Below are positions 20,256-28,241 of a DNA stretch of 64,000 nt, piece after piece. The position numbers and the translations under genes are program-made. Position 1 is the stretch's first letter. Each line of letters begins with the position of its first letter. The notes under the pieces are model-generated. The model was not told where the DNA came from, did no database searches, and was given only the letters and a program-made list of their open reading frames with translations. The stretch comes from Spirochaetia bacterium (GTDB taxonomy: Bacteria > Spirochaetota > Spirochaetia > CADAEX01), in the NCBI GenBank assembly GCA_017446885.1, contig JAFSOR010000027.1, positions 38,954 to 102,953 of the forward strand, read 5' to 3'.

Positions 20256-21554
20256 ATGAGCGAAGAGTACTTACATTCCGTAACACTGGATAAAGATCTC
20301 TGCAAAGGGTGCACCAACTGCATATCACACTGCCCTACAGAGGCTATCCGTGTGCGCGATGCCAAGGCAATGATAATCTCTAACCGGTGCATCGACTGCG
20401 GCCAATGCATAAGGACCTGTCCTTCCCATGCCAAGAAGGCTGTCAGCGATCCTCTTGATATGCTCAACAAGTTCACATTCAAGGTTGCTCTGCCAGCTCC
20501 AAGCTTCTATGCCCAGTTCAAGAATGTTTCTATAGATACAGTGCTCACTGCTCTTAAGAAATTCGGCTTTGATGATGTATACGAAGTGGCAAGCGCCGCC
20601 GAGATAGCATCTATAGCAACCGCCGAGCTTATAGAGAAAGTAAAGACACCGCGTCCCCTTATATCATCTTCCTGCCCTGCTGTGGTGCGGCTTATCCAGG
20701 TGCGGTTCCCAAGCCTTATAGAGCATGTAATAAAGATACAGACCCCTATGGAGATTGCGGCGCGTATTGTAAAGAACCAGATTTACCCCGACAAGCGGGG
20801 GCTTGGTGTGTTCTTTATCTCTCCATGCCCTGCAAAAGTTACCAGCGTACGGGTTCCGTTAGGAAACGAAAAGTCCGAGGTAGATGGCGTAATAGCCCAA
20901 AAAGATATCTACCCTGCACTGCGGAAGATTATCAAGACTATCGATAAACCGGAACACCTTTCAAAGGCATCCAGCATAGGAATAAGATGGGGACACAGCG
21001 ACGGCGAGAGCGAAGCTGTGAACTCAAAAAAGAGTATATCGGTAGATGGCATTGACCACGTAATAAAAGTGCTTGAGCAGATAGAGAGCGAGGACTTCCA
21101 CCACATAGAGTTCATAGAGGCCATGGCCTGTCCGGGCGGCTGCGTGGGTGGCACCCTGACTGTGGAAAATCCGTTCATTGCCCGCTCAAGGCTTAAGCGC
21201 TACAGCCAGGCCTGTGAGAACCGGGGAATCAAGGGGTCAGACCAGCTCACAGAATTCGACATAGCATGGACCAAGGAGATTTATTCACATCCTGTGCTCA
21301 AGCTCAGCGAGAATATGTCCGAAGCCATCAAGATGATGGACGAGATTGACAAGATAGATGCCGAACTCCCCGGCCTAGACTGCGGCTCATGCGGTGCCCC
21401 GACCTGTCATTCGCTTGCCGAGGATATCGTAACAGGCAAGGCACAGAAAACCGACTGCATATTTATTTTGCGCGACGAGATAAAGAAAGTGGCTGGTCAA
21501 ATGGCAGAGCTTGAGAAGAGGATGCCCCAGGCAAGGAACTTCGAGAATAAATAA
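20256..21554 (+). CDS. [FeFe]-hydrogenase-like (Fe_hyd_lg_C) iron-sulfur protein, probably sensory
   Basis: 432 aa. Two ferredoxin-type CxxCxxCxxxCP motifs, H-cluster-like motifs SSSCPAV / SPCPAKV / EAMACPGGCVGG, and a C-terminal CGSCGAPTC cluster motif. Confidence 0.85.
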   Translation: MSEEYLHSVTLDKDLCKGCTNCISHCPTEAIRVRDAKAMIISNRCIDCGQCIRTCPSHAKKAVSDPLDMLNKFTFKVALPAPSFYAQFKNVSIDTVLTALKKFGFDDVYEVASAAEIASIATAELIEKVKTPRPLISSSCPAVVRLIQVRFPSLIEHVIKIQTPMEIAARIVKNQIYPDKRGLGVFFISPCPAKVTSVRVPLGNEKSEVDGVIAQKDIYPALRKIIKTIDKPEHLSKASSIGIRWGHSDGESEAVNSKKSISVDGIDHVIKVLEQIESEDFHHIEFIEAMACPGGCVGGTLTVENPFIARSRLKRYSQACENRGIKGSDQLTEFDIAWTKEIYSHPVLKLSENMSEAIKMMDEIDKIDAELPGLDCGSCGAPTCHSLAEDIVTGKAQKTDCIFILRDEIKKVAGQMAELEKRMPQARNFENK

Positions 21555-22310
21555 TTATTCTGCCTGTCTTTTCATATAGTTTTCATAAGCGATGTGGGCT
21601 GCATGCTGCTCGGCAGTCTTTTTGTTCTTGCCTTCGCCCGGTCCGAAAACCTCATCCTTTATAACCACCTCAACCAGGAAAGTCTTGTCGTGGTCGGGAC
21701 CAGTCTTCTTGACCAGCTTATACTTAGGACAGGTCTTATAAGTCTTCTGCACAAACTCCTGAAGCAGTGTCTTGTAATCCTGCTCATGCTTGTTCTCAAG
21801 CACATTCATAATCTCAGGCACCAGGTAGCTTAGGACAAATTCCTGCACCGGCTTGAAGCCCGAATCAAGGTAGTATGCCCCTATAAGAGCCTCCATGCAG
21901 TCGGCCAGTATAGCCTTTTTGGAGCGGCCTCCGGAATACTCCTCGCCCTTTCCTATAAGTATGAAATTGTCTATGCGGATAGCCTTTGCAATCTTGCTTA
22001 AAGAAGCTTCGCTTACAACAAATGATTTTATGCGGGCCATATCACCTTCGGCCTTGTCCTTAAGGTGCAGATACAGATATTCGCTGGTTATAAGGCCAAG
22101 CACAGAGTCGCCCAAGAACTCAAGCTTCTCGTTGTTCTCTATGTCTTCTGAGCTTTCATTGACATAGGAGCGGTGGCAGAATGCAAGGTTGAGTAAATCC
22201 AGGTTGATGAAATCAAGCCCAACCTGGTCTTGAAATAACAAAAGCTCCCGTTTTCTCTTTGAATCGATCCGGGGAGCTTTTACAGCAATTTTCTTCTGAA
22301 AATTAAACAC
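21555..22310 (-). CDS. rnc: ribonuclease III
   Basis: 251 aa. ERLEFLGD-type signature (EKLEFLGDSVL) and a C-terminal dsRBD. Confidence 0.95.
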   Translation of the reverse strand: MFNFQKKIAVKAPRIDSKRKRELLLFQDQVGLDFINLDLLNLAFCHRSYVNESSEDIENNEKLEFLGDSVLGLITSEYLYLHLKDKAEGDMARIKSFVVSEASLSKIAKAIRIDNFILIGKGEEYSGGRSKKAILADCMEALIGAYYLDSGFKPVQEFVLSYLVPEIMNVLENKHEQDYKTLLQEFVQKTYKTCPKYKLVKKTGPDHDKTFLVEVVIKDEVFGPGEGKNKKTAEQHAAHIAYENYMKRQAE

Positions 22311-22318
22311 GGAAAAAC

Positions 22319-22555
22319 TTATTTAGCTACTGTTCTGATAAACTCTACAGCGTTACCTACTGTCTCAAATTCGTTGGCTTTCTCGTCTGGAATCTGGATT
22401 CCCATCTCCTCCTCGAGGGCATAGATGAGCTCGTAGGTGTCAAGGCTGTCAGCTCCCAGGTCCTGGCGGAAGGAAGCTTCCATTGTAATCTTATCTTCTT
22501 CGATATCAAGCTTTTCAGCGATAATCTTCTTTACTTTCTCAAATACTTCGTCCAT
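22319..22555 (-). CDS. acpP: acyl carrier protein
   Basis: 78 aa from the internal Met ([12 protein letters not shown]...). LGADSLD phosphopantetheine site. The longer track ORF is an upstream extension. Confidence 0.95.
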   Translation of the reverse strand: MDEVFEKVKKIIAEKLDIEEDKITMEASFRQDLGADSLDTYELIYALEEEMGIQIPDEKANEFETVGNAVEFIRTVAK

Positions 22556-22565
22556 GCGGTTCTCC

Positions 22566-22754
22566 TTATGCCATCTCTTCAACGTCGATGTACTGTTTGC
22601 CTTTGTAGAAACCACATTTTGGACAAACCTGATGCCGTGCCACCTTGTTTCCACAGGTTGGGCATTCTGTCAGAGCTGGGCTCTCCAGCCGCATGTTTAT
22701 TGCTTCTCTTCTTCTACTTCTTGCTTTTGAAGGCTTTCTTTTAGGTACAGCCAT
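22566..22754 (-). CDS. rpmF: 50S ribosomal protein L32
   Basis: 62 aa. [16 protein letters not shown], CxxC...CxxC. Confidence 0.9.
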   Translation of the reverse strand: MAVPKRKPSKARSRRREAINMRLESPALTECPTCGNKVARHQVCPKCGFYKGKQYIDVEEMA

Positions 22755-22836
22755 TTCATTTACCTCTTATATAAAAAAATTGAGTCCATAATAATAATTA
22801 TGCAAAGTATACTTTAAAGTAAATAGGGATATAATG

Positions 22837-23325
22837 TCAAGAACCTCTACTAAATTTTGCCTTTAGAGCCTCTTCCACCAGCGGTGGGACCATCTTAGAT
22901 ATATTTCCGCCGAAATATGCCAGCTCTTTTATGGCCGAAGACTTAAGGAGCGAATATTTGGAGTCGGTAGGCATATAGAGGGTCTCGATCCTCGGATCCA
23001 GGCCCCGGTTCATGAGCGAAAGCTCAAACTCGTAGGTAAAGTCGGTTATGGAGCGGACACCGCGGATTATCAGGAACGTATCTATCTTCTTGGCAAAATC
23101 TACTATAAGCCTGTCCCATACAGAAATATGGACATTGTTGTAGTGCGATGTAAGCCTCTCCATCATGTCAAAGCGTTCTTCCACCGAGAACAGGGTTTTC
23201 TTCTGCGGATTGACAGAAATGACAACCTCCACCTTGTCAAAAAGCTTGGAGGCCCTATCTATGACGTTGAGATGTCCGTTGGTGACAGGATCGAAGGTTC
23301 CTGGGAAAATTACTTTCTTCTGCAT
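22837..23325 (-). CDS. coaD: pantetheine-phosphate adenylyltransferase
   Basis: Start at the internal Met (MQKKVIFPGTFDPVTNGHLNVI), giving about 162 aa. Confidence 0.9.
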   Translation of the reverse strand: MQKKVIFPGTFDPVTNGHLNVIDRASKLFDKVEVVISVNPQKKTLFSVEERFDMMERLTSHYNNVHISVWDRLIVDFAKKIDTFLIIRGVRSITDFTYEFELSLMNRGLDPRIETLYMPTDSKYSLLKSSAIKELAYFGGNISKMVPPLVEEALKAKFSRGS

Positions 23326-23380
23326 ACGTTCTCCTACAGGGACTATAATATAAAAACAGAAATGATACAACCAAGCAATT

Positions 23381-23602
23381 AGGCACCCCTGCTTACAGTA
23401 CCCACTTCCAGATAACACCTGTCGTGTCCTAGTACGCTCCTACAGACAGGCAAATGGCAGCCCGGTCAGTCAGCGACATTGTTTACACAATGTCATCCTG
23501 GATTATGTCCAGGACGCTGCCCGTTCTGCCTATGCCTGTTGCTGTAGTCCGTAATGTCCACGTCAGGTGCTTCTTGCAGCGGGCACTGACGCAGGGGTGC
23601 CT
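23381..23602. ncRNA. rod-like structured RNA candidate (6S-like fold); strand unresolved
   Basis: Perfect 12-bp closing helix (23381-92 with 23591-602). Further helices: 23396-403/23581-88, 23416-26/23559-69, 23440-45/23542-47, 23447-52/23533-38, 23456-61/23516-21. A 12 x 11 nt internal bubble and two apical hairpins. It sits in a 354-nt gap between coaD and the U32 gene. Confidence 0.45.
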
Positions 23603-23679
23603 TTTGTTTTAGGCTGTCATACTGAACCTGTTTCGGTATCTATCATAGCCCCCGGTGTCGAATGAGGTGGTGGAGGATA

Positions 23680-26034
23680 CTAGAAGCCGCGCTGCCAGTT
23701 GCCGCGGGTTATGCGTCCTGCGGCCGATTTAGCACGTTCTGCCATACCGCGGTCGCCACCAAAGTAGTCAAAGATAGCCAGTTTATCGTCAGAGCTTAAG
23801 TGCATGAAAGGAAGGGCACGGAAGTCCAGCAGGAAGCTGTCGGCCGATGTCTGGCTTACCGCCTCGGGGATATAGAGGAGAGCGTCGTTGAACACCCGGT
23901 TTATGTAGCCGGGGCTTTTTACTATATGGAACGGAATCTCCTTCTCGTCGTAGAAAGTCTCAGAACCGCTGCATGCTCTGCACTGCTCTGTAAAGCGGTT
24001 ACGGCCGCTCCGGCATCGGCCGGCGGAAGCTAAAAGGCACTGTCTGGTTGTCATCATAGTTATGGGGCCGAACACCTGCAGGAACAGCTTGAAACCTGCC
24101 GGGGCAGAAATCTGGGAAAGCTGATCACGGTTAAGCTCCGGGGAGATGAATGCTCCAGAAGCATAACTAAGTTCGTTGTATGCTTTTAAGGCATAACTGT
24201 TCGTGCTGTTCAGCATAGGGCCTGCAATCCATGAAATGCCCCGGCGGGCTGCCTCAAGGCCAAGCCCCACGTTATCGGAAACTATCATGGAAGGCTGGGT
24301 ATTCAGAAGTGCAAGATATTCGGGCACGGCAGAATCTTCGACAAAAGCCGGAATCCATGGGTATATGTTATCCCCCAGTCTGACCTTGCAACCGGGGAAC
24401 CATTCTACGAATACATTTTCGCATCTGCTGGCAAAAAGTTCTGCATCCTCCTGTGTGGAAACAAGAACCGAAAGCGTTTTATGGGTGTGAGACGGATAGA
24501 CAAGGTGCGGTACCTCAAGCTCCGGCGAAGGGGCGAACAGTGCCTCAAGCGCTGTGCGCCGCACCCGGTTAAGCTCCTTAACCGGGAGGAACAGGGGCTC
24601 CTCGAGGCCGTGGCAGGTAAGATTACCCAGGCTATAGAGCTCATCGCCTGTCTTCTGGAACTGGGTGCGGATGGCCTCCTCCGAGAGCCCCCTGTTCTGC
24701 GCCGGCTCAAGCGGGGCCTCGCTGTGAACTGTGGCCTTACGGCCGTTAAAGCTGAACACAGCCTTAAGAGGCTCGCCCCGGGATGCAAACACCTCGGCGT
24801 CAAAGAAAGCTGGAACAGGCTGCAATTCAACCAGTTTTTGAGCCAAGGTCTTAAGCCGGGCTGGCTGGGGTAGGAGCGCCACAATCTGCCCCTTAAGAAT
24901 CTTGCCGTGGAGCAGGTTCTCTATCATCACGTGATAGAGTCCTTTCCCCAGTATCTTCTGCACTATGGCACTGCATATAAAGCTGTTTTCCGGGGTGTAG
25001 ATGCTTATCCTGCTCCCCTCTTCTATATCTACACCGTTCTGCTGGACAGCAAGCTCCTGCCTGTCTGCTGTGTACGAAACCACTGTGCCAGCCTGTACCA
25101 TGGACTGATCCAACGGGGATTCAACGAACATATCAGGGCTGATGCAGCTGTCGAAGTAGCCGGTTGAAAAGCCTCTGTTGAACACCTGGCTCACATCATC
25201 GCCTGCTTCCAGACTGTCATTGTCCAAGGCATGGCGGTAGGCTGAGACTGTGGTATAGACATAGCCGTAGTTCTTTATACGTCCCTCTATCTTGAGGGCA
25301 TCGGCACCCAGCTCCTTTATGCGGTCCAGATTGGGCAGGGCGTTGTTGTCCTTGAGGCTGAAGAAATAGCTTTTCTCGCCGTGTGGAGCAAGGCTGTATC
25401 GCCGCCTGCAGGGCTGGAGGCATTTTCCACGGTTTCCAGCCTGTGATGATATGAAAGAGCTCATGTAGCAGATACCAGAGCAGGAGATGCAGTAGGCACC
25501 GTGTACAAAAATCTCGGTCTTGATTCCTTTTCTCTTTGTGTATGCGATGATAGGCTCAAGTTCCTCGGCCGAAAGCTCCCGGGCAAAGTTCACATTCTTT
25601 ATCCCAAGCTTTTCCAAAAAGTCCACCTGCAGGCAGTTGTGGGTTGTCATCTGGGTGGAGGCGTGGAGCTCAAGACCGGGAAGATATTGATGGAGCACAT
25701 AGGCAAGGCCTGCATCCTGCACTATCAGGGCATCGGCCCCTGCACCTGAGATTTCGGATGCGCACTGGACTGCCTCATAGAGTTCTGAATCGGTAAGGAG
25801 CGTGTTCATTGTCACATAGATTTTTGTACTGTGGGCATGGGCTATGGAGACTATCTCTTTAAGCTCCTCAAGCCCCAGGTTTGAGGCACGCTCCCGGGCG
25901 TTGAACTTTTTGAGTCCCATGTATACAGCATCTGCCCCAGCCAATATGGCAGCTTTGGCACAGTCGTAGTCGCCGGCCGGGGCAAGCAGTTCAGGCTTTC
26001 TCCTTTCCATACTATCAGAATAAAAGAATTTCAT
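23680..26034 (-). CDS. U32-family peptidase (long form with a C-terminal extension)
   Basis: 784 aa. N-terminal ELLAPAGDYDCAKAAILAGADAVYMG and a Cys-rich segment typical of U32. Confidence 0.85.
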   Translation of the reverse strand: MKFFYSDSMERRKPELLAPAGDYDCAKAAILAGADAVYMGLKKFNARERASNLGLEELKEIVSIAHAHSTKIYVTMNTLLTDSELYEAVQCASEISGAGADALIVQDAGLAYVLHQYLPGLELHASTQMTTHNCLQVDFLEKLGIKNVNFARELSAEELEPIIAYTKRKGIKTEIFVHGAYCISCSGICYMSSFISSQAGNRGKCLQPCRRRYSLAPHGEKSYFFSLKDNNALPNLDRIKELGADALKIEGRIKNYGYVYTTVSAYRHALDNDSLEAGDDVSQVFNRGFSTGYFDSCISPDMFVESPLDQSMVQAGTVVSYTADRQELAVQQNGVDIEEGSRISIYTPENSFICSAIVQKILGKGLYHVMIENLLHGKILKGQIVALLPQPARLKTLAQKLVELQPVPAFFDAEVFASRGEPLKAVFSFNGRKATVHSEAPLEPAQNRGLSEEAIRTQFQKTGDELYSLGNLTCHGLEEPLFLPVKELNRVRRTALEALFAPSPELEVPHLVYPSHTHKTLSVLVSTQEDAELFASRCENVFVEWFPGCKVRLGDNIYPWIPAFVEDSAVPEYLALLNTQPSMIVSDNVGLGLEAARRGISWIAGPMLNSTNSYALKAYNELSYASGAFISPELNRDQLSQISAPAGFKLFLQVFGPITMMTTRQCLLASAGRCRSGRNRFTEQCRACSGSETFYDEKEIPFHIVKSPGYINRVFNDALLYIPEAVSQTSADSFLLDFRALPFMHLSSDDKLAIFDYFGGDRGMAERAKSAAGRITRGNWQRGF

Positions 26035-26087
26035 CTGAAATACAACTGCCTATTGTTTATAGGCTTGAAAAAGGGTATCGTAAAAGT

Positions 26088-28241
26088 ATGGAATTCTATA
26101 CATTCTCTGTGACATCTGCAAACGGATACGAAAGTCTGGTTGCAAAAGAGCTTGAAGCTCTGGGAATAGCCCGCTACACAATGGGCAAAGGGAGCGTCAC
26201 TTTCTCAGGCGCCCAGACAGACGGCCTTAAGGTGTGCCTATGGTCCCGGGTGGCTTCCAAGGTGCTTTTAAAGCTTTTCGATTTCGATATCCAGCAGGAG
26301 AAGGATGTTTACAGGAATGCACGCAATTTTGATTGGTCAGCTCTTTTCGATGTAAAGCGCACATTTGCTGTGGATACTGTCCTTTCCACAGGCAGCTTTA
26401 AGAATGGCTCTTATTTATCGCTGGTGCTTAAGGATGCCATAGTGGACAGTTTCAGGGAAAAGACAGGCAGCCGCCCCGACATAGAGACCAGCCAGCCCGA
26501 CATAAGAATAAACCTTTACATAGAGCGTAACCACGCAACTGTAAGCCTGGATATGTCAGGAGATTCCCTGCACAGGAGGGGCTACCGCATAGCCCATGTG
26601 GAGGCACCGCTTAAAGAGAATGCGGCAGCAGCCCTGCTATACCGGGGCGGTTGGGAAGCTGTGGCCAAATCTGGCGGCAGCTTTGTAGACCCTATGTGCG
26701 GTTCAGGCACTTTGGTTATAGAAGCAGCCATGATGGCAGCCAAGATTCCCCCTGCCTTTGACAGGAACTATTTCTGCTTTAAATACTGGAAAAAGTTCAG
26801 GGGCGACCTGTGGGAAGAACTGCGACTCGATGCACTTGAAACTATAAAAGCAAACATAGCCTCAGTGCCCCACCTTTTCGGCTACGACTACAGCACCGAT
26901 TCAGTCACCGCCGCCCGTAAGAATGTGTCCAAGGCATTCTCCATGTATCCGGAGCTTCTTGAGAAAGTTCACATTGCAAAGAAAGAGATTCATAAGCTTT
27001 CCATCCCTGTCGAAGCTGGCGACAAACCAGGCTTTATAGGAGTGAATCCACCATATGGCGAGCGGCTGGGCGAGATAGAGGCGCTCCGGGTGCTTTATGC
27101 CGACATGGGTAGCATATTCAAGGAGCGGTTTGACGGCTGGAAAGGTATCTTTATCACCGGAGACGAAGAGCTGGCGCGAAAGACCGGCCTTAAAGCCTCC
27201 AAGGTGAATAAGATTTATAACGGCCCTATCGAGTGCATCTCGGCCGTCTTCTCCATAAACTCAGCATACCGCGAGGAACATACAAAAGAGCTTTCAGAGA
27301 GCGCCCAGATGTTTGCAAACAGGCTGGCAAAGAATATAAAGCAGTTCGGCAAGCTGGCCCGCCGCCAGGATGTGACCAGCTATCGCATCTACGATGCAGA
27401 CCTGCCCGACTACTCTGCCGCCATAGACTTTTACGAAGGCAAGTGGATGTACCTGCAGGAGTATGCTGCTCCGGCATTCATAGACCCGGCCAAGACAAAA
27501 CGGCGGGTCAGGGAGATGTCCCAGGTGCTTGAAGAATACACTGAGCGGAATAACATATTCATACGCCGCAGGGAAAAGCAGCACGGCGCAAACCAGTACA
27601 CCAAAAGCGGCGAGTCGGAACATCTTGAGATTATGCAGGAAGGCGGCCTTAAGTTTTACGTCAACTTCCACGATTACCTTGACACAGGAATATTCCTGGA
27701 CCACAGACCGGTACGCAGGCTTATCGGCGAGATGAGTGCTGGCAAAAAAGTGCTGAATCTTTTCGCCTACACCTGCACTGCCAGTGTATATGCTGCGGCA
27801 AACGGAGCAGAAAGCACCACCAGCGTGGACACCTCTTCCACATACCTTGACTGGGGGAAGAAGAACTTCAAGCTGAACAGCCTTAATCCAGACAAACACA
27901 GCTTTGTCAAAGAGGACTGCATAAGTTTCCTTCAGCATGCGAAACAGAGATATGACATCATCTTCATAGATCCACCCACATTCTCGAATTCCAAGAGCCG
28001 GGAAGATATCTTTGATGTACAGCGTGACCACCGTATCCTGCTTATCCTGGCAAAGGGATGCCTTGCAGAAGGCGGCACCATAATATTCTCCACCAACTTC
28101 AGGAAGTTCCAGCTGGATGAGAGCCTGAAAGAGAATTTCGATATCAAGGATATGACCAAAGAATCAATCCCATTTGACTTTGAGCGGAACAGTAAGATTC
28201 ACCGCTGTTTCTTCTTGTCAGCCCGCTTGTTGAATATGTAG
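26088..28241 (+). CDS. rlmL: bifunctional 23S rRNA methyltransferase RlmKL (THUMP plus two SAM-MTase domains)
   Basis: 717 aa. THUMP N-terminus, DPMCGSGT and NPPYG motifs, a second MTase with DPPTF. Confidence 0.85.
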   Translation: MEFYTFSVTSANGYESLVAKELEALGIARYTMGKGSVTFSGAQTDGLKVCLWSRVASKVLLKLFDFDIQQEKDVYRNARNFDWSALFDVKRTFAVDTVLSTGSFKNGSYLSLVLKDAIVDSFREKTGSRPDIETSQPDIRINLYIERNHATVSLDMSGDSLHRRGYRIAHVEAPLKENAAAALLYRGGWEAVAKSGGSFVDPMCGSGTLVIEAAMMAAKIPPAFDRNYFCFKYWKKFRGDLWEELRLDALETIKANIASVPHLFGYDYSTDSVTAARKNVSKAFSMYPELLEKVHIAKKEIHKLSIPVEAGDKPGFIGVNPPYGERLGEIEALRVLYADMGSIFKERFDGWKGIFITGDEELARKTGLKASKVNKIYNGPIECISAVFSINSAYREEHTKELSESAQMFANRLAKNIKQFGKLARRQDVTSYRIYDADLPDYSAAIDFYEGKWMYLQEYAAPAFIDPAKTKRRVREMSQVLEEYTERNNIFIRRREKQHGANQYTKSGESEHLEIMQEGGLKFYVNFHDYLDTGIFLDHRPVRRLIGEMSAGKKVLNLFAYTCTASVYAAANGAESTTSVDTSSTYLDWGKKNFKLNSLNPDKHSFVKEDCISFLQHAKQRYDIIFIDPPTFSNSKSREDIFDVQRDHRILLILAKGCLAEGGTIIFSTNFRKFQLDESLKENFDIKDMTKESIPFDFERNSKIHRCFFLSARLLNM

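Noticed and set aside
23640-23682. Possible tmRNA or tRNA-like end (minus strand reads ..ctccaccacc tcattcgacacc ggggg..)
   Set aside because: CTCCACCA and a UUCGAC-like string are present. However, there is no GGGG 5' end, no T arm (GGTTCGA) and no acceptor pairing, and the order of elements is wrong for either a standard or a permuted tmRNA.
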